64,000 nucleotides of DNA, from positions 384,001-448,000 of the forward strand of contig OZ251992.1 in NCBI GenBank assembly GCA_965246885.1. The letters run 5' to 3'. Both the position numbers and the translations under genes were made by a program. Of this stretch, positions 36,954 through 46,167 are shown piece by piece. The notes beneath the pieces were generated by a model that had not been told where the DNA came from, did not search any database, and saw nothing but the letters and a program-made list of their open reading frames with translations. The DNA is from Abditibacterium sp. Its GTDB lineage: Bacteria; Armatimonadota; Abditibacteriia; Abditibacteriales; Abditibacteriaceae. The stretch's first letter is position 1. Each line of letters begins with the position of its first letter.

Positions 36954-37625
36954 ATGTCCCTCATCGAACTGCGCGCGGTCGAGAAATCTTACGAAGTCGA
37001 GTCGCGCCGCGTGCACGCGTTGCAGGGCGTCGCTTTGGAGGTGGCGCGCGGCGAGTTTTTGGCGGTCGTCGGGCGGTCGGGGTGCGGCAAGTCCACCCTC
37101 CTGAACCTGCTCGGCGGCATGGACAGGCCCACGAGCGGGCAAGTATTAGTGGACGGGCTGGACGTCGCCGCCCTCGACGAGCGCGGCCTGACCCGCTACC
37201 GCCGCCATACCGTCGGCATCGTCTTCCAGTTCTTCAACCTCATGCCCCTGTTGACGGCGACCGAAAACGCGGCGCTTCCCGGCCTGCTCGCGGGGCGCCC
37301 CAAGCGCGAAACGCTCGCCCGCGCGCGCGAACTGCTGGCCAGCGTGGGCTTAGAGCACCGCTTGGATCAAGGCGCGAGCCTCCTGTCGGGCGGCGAGATG
37401 CAGCGCGTGGCGGTCGCGCGCGCGCTTATCAACGACCCGCAACTCCTCCTCGCCGACGAGCCGACCGGCAACCTCGACAGCGCCTCGGCGCAATCCGTGT
37501 TGGAAGCGTTGTCCAACCTCGCGCGGCAAAATGGCAAGACCGTCGTGATGGTTACGCACTCGCGCGAAGCCGCCGCCATCGCCGACACCACGCGCGAAAT
37601 GAGCGACGGGCGGTTTATCGTGTAG
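36954..37625 (+). CDS. ABC transporter ATP-binding protein (LolD/MacB-like), no adjacent permease
   Basis: GRSGCGKST, VFQFFNL, LSGGEMQRVAVARAL, LADEPTGNLD, VTH. Confidence 0.93.
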   Translation: MSLIELRAVEKSYEVESRRVHALQGVALEVARGEFLAVVGRSGCGKSTLLNLLGGMDRPTSGQVLVDGLDVAALDERGLTRYRRHTVGIVFQFFNLMPLLTATENAALPGLLAGRPKRETLARARELLASVGLEHRLDQGASLLSGGEMQRVAVARALINDPQLLLADEPTGNLDSASAQSVLEALSNLARQNGKTVVMVTHSREAAAIADTTREMSDGRFIV

Positions 37626-37685
37626 GGACGCTGCTTGCCGCGTCCGCACCCCACAGTGACGAGAAGGACGCTGCTTGCCGCGTCC
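37622..37685. repeat. GTAG-type REP-like hairpin, two direct copies
   Basis: GGACGCTGCTTGCCGCGTCC at 37626-37645 (preceded by GTAG) and again at 37666-37685, between convergent genes. Confidence 0.65.
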
Positions 37686-37692
37686 TTATTCT

Positions 37693-38241
37693 TTATTCCT
37701 TGATGGCGAGGGCGCCGCAGGCGCACAGCGCGCCGCCGGTTTGGAAGTAAGAGGTGCGCCCGCACCGCCCGCAATCGAAGCGCCACCCGACGGGCCGCTT
37801 CTCGGTTTTGCGCGCGGGGACGATGTTTTGAGCGCGGAGCAAGCGGGCGCGCAGGTCGTCGTCGGGCACCATCATCTCGCGGCGCGCGGCAGTTTCGGCG
37901 CGGCTGCGCCGCTTTTTGGGCGCTTCTTCCTCCATTGGAACGGCTTCCGCCCCGTTTTCGACGCGCTTGGAAACGTTCTGCCCGTATTGTTCCGCCAAAT
38001 TCGCGGGGACGCGGGGGCGTCTGCTCTTTTTGGCGGGCGGTTCGGCGGGTTTACCCGCCTTTTGAAGCTGTTCGCGCGCTTGGGCAGCGCTGATCTCTGG
38101 CGTGGGGGCGGGGGCATCGAACAACTCGGCAAGTGTGGGCGGCGCGGCGGGGCGCGCGGCGGCGTGGGGAGCGTGGGCGCGGGCCGTGCTCTTGGACGAG
38201 GGGGAGGAGGGCTTCTTGCCGCGCGCCGAGGAAAAGGACAT
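37693..38241 (-). CDS. Basic low-complexity protein with a C-terminal Cys4 zinc-ribbon-like motif
   Basis: Lys/Arg/Pro-rich N-terminus and C-terminal GWRFDCGRCGRTSYFQTGGALCACGA. Confidence 0.65.
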   Translation of the reverse strand: MSFSSARGKKPSSPSSKSTARAHAPHAAARPAAPPTLAELFDAPAPTPEISAAQAREQLQKAGKPAEPPAKKSRRPRVPANLAEQYGQNVSKRVENGAEAVPMEEEAPKKRRSRAETAARREMMVPDDDLRARLLRAQNIVPARKTEKRPVGWRFDCGRCGRTSYFQTGGALCACGALAIKE

Positions 38242-38419
38242 GGTTTTAATCATAGCGAAACGGCGCGGGGAAGCGCCGGAGGTTTCATTGATTCGAGTGA
38301 CCCGAAGTATAGCGGCGCATCAGCGTTTGAAAAGGGCAGCGCGGAGAAATTTTGGGATGCCCGTAAACCCTGACAAAGCGCTTCCCGCGCGGTGCGCGCT
38401 TTGCGACTGTTGTGCCCGT

Positions 38420-39109
38420 ATGTCTCCTTTTGAACAAGCGATGGCGCTCGCGGTGCAACTGCCCCTTGCCGAGCGCGAGCGGTTGGGGCGCGCGCTGGGC
38501 CTCAAGCTGGAAGCGCCGCGCAACCTGTTGCCCCTCGCCAAAGCGCCCGACCCATCGGCGGCCAACCCAACGGAGTGGCGGGCGCGCGAGCGGGGGCACG
38601 CCGTCCTCGACACGCCTCAAGCCGCGACGGGCGCGATCGGCGCCGACGCGTTGCGGGGTATGTGGGGGCACATGGAACTGCTCGACTTCGCGGAAGATTC
38701 GACGCTGACCGAGACCGTGTCGCGCTTGCCGATGGGGACGCCGGTCGTGGTGCACACAAGTGTGGTGCTCGATTTGGCGCTGGGCGGCGAGGCCACGCGC
38801 GCGTTTTGGGCCAAGCCGAACGTGGAGGTGCGGCTCGCCACGCCGACATACCTGTCCATATTGGAGGGGTGCGAGGACGAGGCGCAGCGCGCGCGGGTGC
38901 ACGACTTTGTGGCGCCCTTCGCGGTCTTGTCGTTGGGGCCGATGGCCTCGAATCGCGCGGTGCAACTCATGCTGGCGGGCGACGGCGAACTGGGCGCGCT
39001 CGATGCGCTCGTGGCGGCAACGGCTTTGGCGCACGAAATCCCGCTCGTGACGCGCACGCCGCGCGCCTTCGCATCGGTGGCGGGCCTTCAGGTGGCGGTT
39101 CTGGCGTGA
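38420..39109 (+). CDS. PIN (VapC-like) domain protein with an N-terminal antitoxin-like extension
   Basis: DALVAATALAHEIPLVT...F..VAGLQV VapC C-terminal motif; N-terminal LPLAERERL...LRGMWG segment. Confidence 0.75.
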   Translation: MSPFEQAMALAVQLPLAERERLGRALGLKLEAPRNLLPLAKAPDPSAANPTEWRARERGHAVLDTPQAATGAIGADALRGMWGHMELLDFAEDSTLTETVSRLPMGTPVVVHTSVVLDLALGGEATRAFWAKPNVEVRLATPTYLSILEGCEDEAQRARVHDFVAPFAVLSLGPMASNRAVQLMLAGDGELGALDALVAATALAHEIPLVTRTPRAFASVAGLQVAVLA

Positions 39110-40158
39110 CGCTTCCCGGTTCCAACCCCGATTTGGAAGCCCACTTCGACGCGGCCCGCGCCGTTTTGGGCGGTGTCGTCGCCTCTCTTCCCGCGCGCGT
39201 CGCGGCCTTGTGCGACGTGGACGCCGATGGCCTCGCGGCGGCGGCTGTCTTCGAGCGGGTCATGGAGCGCGCGGGCCATCCCGTCACCATCGTCCTGCCC
39301 GACCGCGAGCGCAACGCTTGGACTCCCGAAAACCGCCGCCGACTGGCGCAAACTGCGCCACAGTTTACCTTTGTCCTCGACCTCGGTTCCCGCGACGAAA
39401 AGGTGCTCGACGGGGTGCCCGCGTGCTTCATTGACCACCACCGGCCCGAAGGCGCCCCCGAAGGCGATACGCTCATCTCCGGCTACGGGTGGAACCCCAT
39501 CCCCAACACGTCGTGGATGGCGTACGAACTGGGCGCGGGGCTATGCGACCTCGACGGCTTGGACTGGATTGCCGCCATTGGCACCTTCTCCGACCTCGGC
39601 GAGCGCGCGCCTTGGCCCTTGCTCGACATCTGCAAGAAGCGATACACCGCCAAATGGCTCAAAGAAGCCACTGCCCTCGTCAATGCCCCGCGCCGCGCGT
39701 CCGGCTTTCGCCCCGAAATCGCCCTGCAAGCCTTGCGCGAGCACGCCAGCCCCAAGGAGCTATGCGAGTCCACCTCCGACTCGGCGCGCACCATCCGCGA
39801 CGCGCGCATGGAAGTCAAAGCCGCCCTCGAAGAAGGCAAAAAAGCGGCGCCCAAGTTCGCGGGTGACGTCGCAATTATCGAAGTCAACTCCCCCTGCCAA
39901 ATCCACCCGCTCATCGCGCAAATCTGGCGCGGGCGCTTGCCCAAATACCACGTCCTCGCCGCCAATACGGGCTACATGGCGGGCCGCGTCAACTTCTCCG
40001 CCCGCTCCGCGCCGGGTAAAAGCGTGCTCGACTTTCTCAAATCGCTCGACGCAGGAGAAGGCGAGGGCCACTTCGGGCACGGCCACGACCAAGCGTCCGG
40101 TGGGAGCTTGCCCTTGGAACGGTGGGAGAAACTCAAGCGGGCAATGGGGTTCGTTTAA
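39106..40158 (+). CDS. DHH family phosphoesterase (RecJ-like, DHH + DHHA1)
   Basis: DVDADG, LDLGS, IDHH, IGTFSD, FSAR and GHGHDQASGG motifs; GTGA overlap with the upstream gene. Confidence 0.87.
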   Translation: MTLPGSNPDLEAHFDAARAVLGGVVASLPARVAALCDVDADGLAAAAVFERVMERAGHPVTIVLPDRERNAWTPENRRRLAQTAPQFTFVLDLGSRDEKVLDGVPACFIDHHRPEGAPEGDTLISGYGWNPIPNTSWMAYELGAGLCDLDGLDWIAAIGTFSDLGERAPWPLLDICKKRYTAKWLKEATALVNAPRRASGFRPEIALQALREHASPKELCESTSDSARTIRDARMEVKAALEEGKKAAPKFAGDVAIIEVNSPCQIHPLIAQIWRGRLPKYHVLAANTGYMAGRVNFSARSAPGKSVLDFLKSLDAGEGEGHFGHGHDQASGGSLPLERWEKLKRAMGFV

Positions 40159-40264
40159 ACGCGGAACGCTCCCAATGCGGGAAGCATTGGCTTTTGGGAA
40201 CTCCTTACTTTGTTGCTTATAAGTCGAATCCGCGCCGCATCGGTTGGGCGTCCGTTCCACCGCC

Positions 40265-40984
40265 ATGACAATCACGCCTTCGATTTTGCCCTCGGTGCGC
40301 GCGGAGTTGCACGAGCGGTTCCTGTTTAACTTCCGCGTGCCGGTCGCGGAATTGGAGCGGGAGTTACCGGCGCCTTTTCTGCGGGTGCAACCCTTCGGTG
40401 AGTGGGGCGTTTTATCATTTTGCTTGCTCGATTTGCGCGGCCTGACCGTCGCGCCGCTTTCGACTGCCGTTGGCTTGAACTCGCTTTCCTGCGCGCCGCG
40501 CTTTGCGGTGCTCGATGACGAAAACGACGGCGTGCCCGCCGTGTTTGTGACCGAGCGCTTTTCCAATTCGGCGTTCGGCTCATGGTTTTCGTCGCTGGGC
40601 TTTTCCGCGCCCCACCCCTACATCGAAGCGCGCATCGGGCACGACGCCGGTCGCACCACGCTTTACGCCGGGATGCCGAACGACGAACCCATGTTCGAGG
40701 CAACCGTGCGCGGTGGGCCGAACACCTCGCAAATCTGGCCCGACACGCGCACCTTTGGCGAGTTCATCTCGTCAGCACTTCGCAGCTACGGCCTGTCGCG
40801 CCACGAAAACCGCCTGACGGTGATGGATTTGCGCAAAAACGAGGGCACCTACGAGCCGCTCGAAGCCACGCGCGTCGGCGGCGCTTTCGTCCAAGAATGG
40901 CAAGACCGGGGCGCCGTCCTCGACAGCGTTTTCCGTACGATGGGCGGGCGCTACGAGTGGACGTATCACGGGCTGACCAACTGA
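40265..40984 (+). CDS. DUF2071-like protein
   Basis: RFLFNFRVP...LPAPF..Q...WGVLSFCLLDLRGL...APRFAV pattern. Confidence 0.65.
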   Translation: MTITPSILPSVRAELHERFLFNFRVPVAELERELPAPFLRVQPFGEWGVLSFCLLDLRGLTVAPLSTAVGLNSLSCAPRFAVLDDENDGVPAVFVTERFSNSAFGSWFSSLGFSAPHPYIEARIGHDAGRTTLYAGMPNDEPMFEATVRGGPNTSQIWPDTRTFGEFISSALRSYGLSRHENRLTVMDLRKNEGTYEPLEATRVGGAFVQEWQDRGAVLDSVFRTMGGRYEWTYHGLTN

Positions 40985-40994
40985 GGCCCCGGCG

Positions 40995-41816
40995 TCAGTC
41001 GCCGTCCATCGCGCGCAACAGGGACAGCATGAGGCCGGAGTGTTCGCCGTTGCCCTGATGGTGATACGCGACGGACAGGTTGCGCAAGACGCGGGCGATG
41101 ATTTCGCGCGCCGACGCCGACGAGCGCATCTCGCCGGGCGCAGCTTTTTCGAGGGTGGCGACTTCGCGGGGGCTGAGCATCCGCCCCCGATTATACGGGT
41201 CGAAGATGCAGCCTTGGCGCCGGTCGCGCGCGAGGAAGTGGCCCGGAAAGTTGCACCCCTCAATGCTCAACCCGACCCGCGCGCCCACGAGGATGAAGAC
41301 GCACGACAGGGAAATGGGCAGGCCCGTCCCTTCTTCCAGCACCCACAGGAGGTTGGAGTTGTGCGGCTCGTAGAACTCCTCTGGCGTGGCGCCGCGAAAA
41401 GCGCGGTACTCGAACAAAAAGCCCGCTAAGGCGAGGGCATCGCCCGCGTCATCGGTCGCCTCGAAATCGCGCGCGAGGGCATCGAGCGCCGCCCCGCCCC
41501 GGCCCGCAACGTCGTTCCCACATTGCCAACTGGCCAACACCCACAGCGCGCGTTCGAGATACGCCGTTTCCGGCTCCACCGTGTTCAGTTCCCGCCACTC
41601 GCGCCACAAGAGCGCGGTTGCGTCTTCGGGCGACAGTGGCAAATCGAGCGCGAGCGTTTGCAGCGCCAAACGCTGCGCGCCCGTCAAGACGATGTTCTGC
41701 GCTTCGATTTCCTCCCATATCCCTGCTCCCAACGTGCGCAAGCGCGCCGCCACCTTCTGCGCCACAACGGGCGAGGGGTCATCGAGCAAGCGCAAGAGAA
41801 AAGGGAGGTCGGTCAT
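40995..41816 (-). CDS. SirB1/transglutaminase-like superfamily protein
   Basis: FYEPHNSNL..VLE..TGLPISLS...G.NFPGHFL...IFDPYNRG...IIARVLRNL. Confidence 0.88.
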   Translation of the reverse strand: MTDLPFLLRLLDDPSPVVAQKVAARLRTLGAGIWEEIEAQNIVLTGAQRLALQTLALDLPLSPEDATALLWREWRELNTVEPETAYLERALWVLASWQCGNDVAGRGGAALDALARDFEATDDAGDALALAGFLFEYRAFRGATPEEFYEPHNSNLLWVLEEGTGLPISLSCVFILVGARVGLSIEGCNFPGHFLARDRRQGCIFDPYNRGRMLSPREVATLEKAAPGEMRSSASAREIIARVLRNLSVAYHHQGNGEHSGLMLSLLRAMDGD

Positions 41817-41826
41817 GGGATGATGC

Positions 41827-41933
41827 AAGCGAATAAATTCGCAGCCAGCAAAGTCGTCGGCCTTCGCCGACGCGTCGCAGTTAACCCCGTCAACGAAGGT
41901 TGACGTTCCGGCTGGCTGCGACTTCATTCGCTT
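41827..41933. mobile_element. Palindromic element family A, copy 1
   Basis: AAGCGAATAAATTCGCAGCCAGC ... GCTGGCTGCGACTTCATTCGCTT (2 mismatches), with internal GGCCTTCGCCGACG and CAACGAAGGTTG words. Confidence 0.85.
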
Positions 41934-41939
41934 ATCGTT

Positions 41940-42323
41940 TTAGTTCAGCAGCGATGGCAGGTGCAGCAGAAACGGCGCGATGGCGGCCTCAAAGCGCGTG
42001 CCGTCGCCCTTTATCATGCCATACGCGCCGCGCATCCACCCGAAATCCGTCGGAAGCGGACAAAAACTTTCATACGTAAACTCTTCGCCCGGACTGAGCA
42101 CCGGTTGCTGGCCAATCACTCCCTCGCCGCGCACCTCTTCGACGCCGCCCGCCGCGTCCGTGATGACCCAGTGCCTATCGAACAACTGCACCGACTCCTC
42201 ACCTGTGTTCATCACGGTAATCTGGTATGACCAAAGCCACTGATTCTGGTCGGGTTGCGACCGCTCGGATTGATAAGACGGGCGCGCGGTGATCTTCACG
42301 CCCTGCGTTTCACAAGTTGACAT
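41940..42323 (-). CDS. apaG: ApaG protein
   Basis: YQITVMNTGEESVQLFDRHWVITDA..VEEVRGEGVIGQQPVL.PGE.F.Y.S.CPL.T..G.M.G.Y. Confidence 0.95.
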   Translation of the reverse strand: MSTCETQGVKITARPSYQSERSQPDQNQWLWSYQITVMNTGEESVQLFDRHWVITDAAGGVEEVRGEGVIGQQPVLSPGEEFTYESFCPLPTDFGWMRGAYGMIKGDGTRFEAAIAPFLLHLPSLLN

Positions 42324-42428
42324 GGTGCAAATTCCCTTGACGGGAAGAAGCCAAGTTTAAACCAACCTCGGCGAGGGCGTCACCACCTTCTACCACTCTC
42401 TCACCGCCGTGCGCCGCGTGCGGACAGA

Positions 42429-42560
42429 CGTCTGTCGGCGCGTGGCGCACGTCTGTCTTCCGGTCACAGATGTCTGTCTTCCAATGCCAGACGTCTGGCA
42501 TTGCGTGGCGCATGTCTGTCGGCGTGTGGCAGACGTCTGCCGACGGAAAATTTACGTCCC
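42429..42560. repeat. Degenerate 21-nt tandem repeat (family member 3 of 4)
   Basis: (C/T)GTCTG at 42429, 42450, 42471, 42492, 42513 and 42534, and CGTCCC at 42555: exact 21-nt spacing. Confidence 0.85.
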
Positions 42561-42586
42561 GCGCCGCTTGCGGCAAACTGGTCATC

Positions 42587-44515
42587 ATGGCGACAGCACT
42601 CCCCCCTGCGGGCCGCGTTCCCGATTTGCCGCCCGGTTGGGAAGTCGAGCGGCCCGCCCTACTCCGGCGGCGCGCACACGCGCTCATTTTAGGACTCACG
42701 CTTTGCTTTGGCGCGATGGGCGCGAAACTGTATTCTCTGCAAGTGGTGCAGGGCGCTTCGTTCATCGCGCAGGCCAAGCGCAATCGGCTGGCGCATGTTT
42801 CGATTCCCGCGCCGCGCGGCGTCCTGCTCGACTGCAGAGGACAGATTTTGGCAACCACCCAAGCGCTCCATGCGGTCTCGGTCGTTCCGGCGTTGCTGCC
42901 GTCGGCGCGCACGCAAAAAGAGGAGCGCGCGCGCTTGCTCAGGTCGCTGGCGTTTCTGATTCACACGACGCCCGACGCCATCGAAGCCACGCTCACGACG
43001 GCCCGCCAAAAGCGCGGCGCGCGCTACTTCGACCCGATTCAGGTGGCGACCAATTTGGACATGCCCACGATGGCGCGTTTGGTCGAGAACCGCCCGCGCT
43101 TGGATAACGCCATCCTGCTAACGGATGATTTGCGCCGCGTGTATCCCGGCGGCGAACTGGCGGGGCATGTGCTGGGCTTCGCGCAAACGGCCAGCGAGGA
43201 AGACCTTCAGCGCGCCCAAAAGCGCGGGGCGCCGCTTCACCCCGATGACCGCGTCGGCAAGACCGGCTTGGAGCGCTACTACGACCGCGAGTTGCAAGGC
43301 GTGCGAGGAGAGGAGACCTTTGAAGTGGACGCGCAAAGCCGCCCCGTCGCGTTGCGGGGCCGCACCCCCGAACACGCGGGCAACACCTTGCAACTCTCGC
43401 TCGACGCAAAGCTCCAGCGCGCCGCCGAAGGCGCTCTGGCGGCGGCCCGTAACTCTGGGGCGCTGGCGGCCATAGACCCGCGCAACGGCGAGATACTGGC
43501 GCTCGCCTCGCGCCCCGGCTTCAACCCCAACACCTTTTCTTTGACGGGGGCGGGGTTTCAAGCGGCGTATCGGCAACTGCTGCATGACCCCAAGCACCCG
43601 ATGCTCAACCGCGCCGTCACGTCGCGGTTTCCGCCCGGCTCGACGTTTAAGCCCTTCGTGGCATCGGCGGGCTTGGAGCGGGGCGCGGTGTCGCCCTATT
43701 CGACGGTGGATTGCCCCGGCTACTTCGTGATGGGCCGCAAGTTCGGCTGTTGGGCGGTGCACGGCGGCGGGGTGAACCTGTCCGAAGCGCTCGCCAAATC
43801 GTGCGACGTGTATTTCTACCAACTCGGCCTGCGCTTGGGCAATCCCGAATCATCGGGGCCAACGTATTTGGCGCACGTGGCGCGCGGCTTTGGCTTTGGG
43901 CACCGGACGGGGATAGATTTGTCGAGCGACGAGGGCGGGCTGATGCCCGACCCGGCGTGGCGGCGCCGCTTCAATGCGCACCGTCCGGCCTTGCAACGCT
44001 GGTTTCCGGGCAATACGCTCAATATGAGCATCGGGCAAGGCGACGTGTTGGCGACGCCGCTCCAGATGGCGGTGGCAACGGCGGCCATTGCCAACGGCGG
44101 CACGCGTTGGACGCCGCATCTGGTGCGCGAAGTGCGCGACGCAAGCGGGAAACTGCTGCGCCGAGTCAAGCCTCAGGGAGCGGGTGTCGGGATTTCGGCG
44201 CGCAACTTGGCGATCGTGCGCGCCGGGATGCGCGACGTCGTAACGAACGGCACGGGCAAGCCGTGCAACTTGCCGCAGGTGGAGGTCGCGGGCAAGACCG
44301 GCTCGGCGGAGGACGTTCACAACGCGCTTCCGCACTCGTGGTGGATTTGCTACGCGCCCGCCGAGCACCCCACCATCGCCATTGCCGTCGTGGTGGAAAA
44401 CTCCGGGCACGGGTCAGAAAACGCCCTGCCCGTCGCCCGCGCGGTGCTGGACGCCGCCTTTGCGCCAATGCAAGCGAATGAATTCGCAGCCAGCAAGAAC
44501 GTCAACCTTCGTTGA
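42587..44515 (+). CDS. mrdA: Penicillin-binding protein 2 (class B transpeptidase)
   Basis: N-terminal TM, APRG.LLD, GKTGLERYYD, PPGSTFK (SxxK), SCDVYFY, SIGQG, AGKTGSAE. Confidence 0.93.
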   Translation: MATALPPAGRVPDLPPGWEVERPALLRRRAHALILGLTLCFGAMGAKLYSLQVVQGASFIAQAKRNRLAHVSIPAPRGVLLDCRGQILATTQALHAVSVVPALLPSARTQKEERARLLRSLAFLIHTTPDAIEATLTTARQKRGARYFDPIQVATNLDMPTMARLVENRPRLDNAILLTDDLRRVYPGGELAGHVLGFAQTASEEDLQRAQKRGAPLHPDDRVGKTGLERYYDRELQGVRGEETFEVDAQSRPVALRGRTPEHAGNTLQLSLDAKLQRAAEGALAAARNSGALAAIDPRNGEILALASRPGFNPNTFSLTGAGFQAAYRQLLHDPKHPMLNRAVTSRFPPGSTFKPFVASAGLERGAVSPYSTVDCPGYFVMGRKFGCWAVHGGGVNLSEALAKSCDVYFYQLGLRLGNPESSGPTYLAHVARGFGFGHRTGIDLSSDEGGLMPDPAWRRRFNAHRPALQRWFPGNTLNMSIGQGDVLATPLQMAVATAAIANGGTRWTPHLVREVRDASGKLLRRVKPQGAGVGISARNLAIVRAGMRDVVTNGTGKPCNLPQVEVAGKTGSAEDVHNALPHSWWICYAPAEHPTIAIAVVVENSGHGSENALPVARAVLDAAFAPMQANEFAASKNVNLR

Positions 44516-44575
44516 CGCGGTGTCGGCGAAGGCCGACAATCTCGCTGGCTGCGAATTCATTCGCTTGCATTGGCG
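44463..44575. mobile_element. Palindromic element family A, copy 2 (overlaps the 3' ends of two convergent genes)
   Basis: Perfect 32-bp inverted repeat CGCCAATGCAAGCGAATGAATTCGCAGCCAGC at 44463-44494 and 44544-44575. Confidence 0.9.
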
Positions 44576-44778
44576 GCGCCCTCCCCCTCATCATGCAACG
44601 CCGCCTTCAGCGTAGCCTTGGCTTTAATCCTCGCATACCCGACGAAGAGCATCAGCGCACCCCAGAACACGAGCGAGAACGCGAGTAACCCCTGCAAAAA
44701 CGCGAGCGCCGCCGCGTGCCACGCAACCAAGGCGACAACGCCCATGACGATCAACACCAAACCAACGAGCAATGCCAT
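44557..44778 (-). CDS. Small two-TM membrane protein
   Basis: MALLVGLVLIVMGVVALVAW...FLQGLLAFSLVFWGALMLFVGYARIK; directly downstream of trmFO. Confidence 0.7.
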   Translation of the reverse strand: MALLVGLVLIVMGVVALVAWHAAALAFLQGLLAFSLVFWGALMLFVGYARIKAKATLKAALHDEGEGAANASE

Positions 44779-44811
44779 AAACCTTGCCGCCAAGGTTACA
44801 AAACGGGCAGA

Positions 44812-46161
44812 CTATAGGGCGCGTCTCACGACGCGCCCCCCGGCAAGGGCAGGCTCCTTTGCGAACGCCTCAAACGCCGCTTGGCCCCGTTCGACGAACG
44901 CTTCGGCTTTGCCCTCCTTCTTCCACTTGCGCCCATCGGCGCGCGCTTCCAAGGGCGGGAGCAGCGCCCAGTTCGAGTTCATCGGCTGAAAATGCTTGGC
45001 GTCCGCCGTCGTGATGTAGTGCGACAGGCTACCCAGCACCGTCTCGCGCGGGAAGACTTGCGGTTCCTCGCCCCTCACGAGGCGTGCGGCGTTGCGGCCC
45101 GCGATGAGACCCGCCGCTGCGCTTTCCAAATACCCCTCGACGCCGGTGAGTTGCCCCGCGAAGAAGAGGTCGTCGCGGATGTTGCTTTGGAACGTCGGGC
45201 GCAAGACGGAGGGGCTGTTGAGGAAAATGTTCTTGTGAATGACGCCGTATCGGACGATCTCGACGTTCTGGAGGCCGGGGATGAGGCGCAGAACGCGGGT
45301 CTGCTCGCCCCACTTGAGCCGCGTTTGAAAGCCGACGAGGTTGAACATCGTTTGTTCCAAGTTTTCGGCCCGCAGTTGCACGGCGGCGAAGGGCCAGCGC
45401 CCGGTCGTGGGGTCAGTGAGTCCGGCGCCGCGCATCGGGCCAAAGCGCATGGTGAGGCGCCCGCGCGTCGCCATCTCCTCGATGGGCATGCAACTCTCGA
45501 AATAGGGCACGTCCTCATCGTTGTGGGCGTCGGCCTTTTCCGCGCCGAGTAGCGCCTCGCGCAGTTCGTCGTATTTGGCTTCCGACAGGGCGGCGTTCCA
45601 ATACGCGGCGTCGCCCTTGTCGTAGCGAGAAGCGAGGAAGAGGGTGTCGAAGTCGAGCGAATCGGCGTCCACGACGGGCGCGACGGCATCGAAGAAGTTG
45701 AGAAACCCCGCGCCGAGGGTCGCTTGAATCGAAGCCGACAGCGCCTCGCTCGACAGTGGCCCACTCGCCACGATGCAAGGCGTATCGGGGATGGCGGTGA
45801 CTTCCTCGCGGATGATTTCGACGTTCGGGTGGGCTTCGAGGCGCTCTGTCACGCCGCGCGCGAACTTCTCGCGGTCAACGGCGAGCGCGCTCCCGGCAGG
45901 CACGGCGCTCTCGTCGGCGGCGGTCAAGATGAGGGAATCGAGGCGGCGCATCTCCCACTTGAGTAGCCCCGTCGCTTTGTCGAGGGTGTTGGACTTGAGC
46001 GAGTTCGAGCAAACCAACTCCGCCAAGTTGCCGGTCTGGTGGACGGCGGTGCCCTTCGTCGGACGCATTTCAAACAGCCGCACGCGTGCCCCGCCCTGCG
46101 CCGCTTGCCATGCGGCCTCGCACCCCGCGAGTCCGCCGCCGATGATGGAAAAGTCGTTCAT
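44812..46161 (-). CDS. trmFO: FAD/folate-dependent tRNA (uracil-5-)-methyltransferase TrmFO
   Basis: IIGGGLAGCEAAWQ, LAELVCSNSL, VPAGSALAVDR, FFDAVAP, NLVGFQTRLKWGEQ, FAGQLTGVEGYLESAA, FQPMN. Confidence 0.96.
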   Translation of the reverse strand: MNDFSIIGGGLAGCEAAWQAAQGGARVRLFEMRPTKGTAVHQTGNLAELVCSNSLKSNTLDKATGLLKWEMRRLDSLILTAADESAVPAGSALAVDREKFARGVTERLEAHPNVEIIREEVTAIPDTPCIVASGPLSSEALSASIQATLGAGFLNFFDAVAPVVDADSLDFDTLFLASRYDKGDAAYWNAALSEAKYDELREALLGAEKADAHNDEDVPYFESCMPIEEMATRGRLTMRFGPMRGAGLTDPTTGRWPFAAVQLRAENLEQTMFNLVGFQTRLKWGEQTRVLRLIPGLQNVEIVRYGVIHKNIFLNSPSVLRPTFQSNIRDDLFFAGQLTGVEGYLESAAAGLIAGRNAARLVRGEEPQVFPRETVLGSLSHYITTADAKHFQPMNSNWALLPPLEARADGRKWKKEGKAEAFVERGQAAFEAFAKEPALAGGRVVRRAL

Positions 46162-46167
46162 TGCGGT

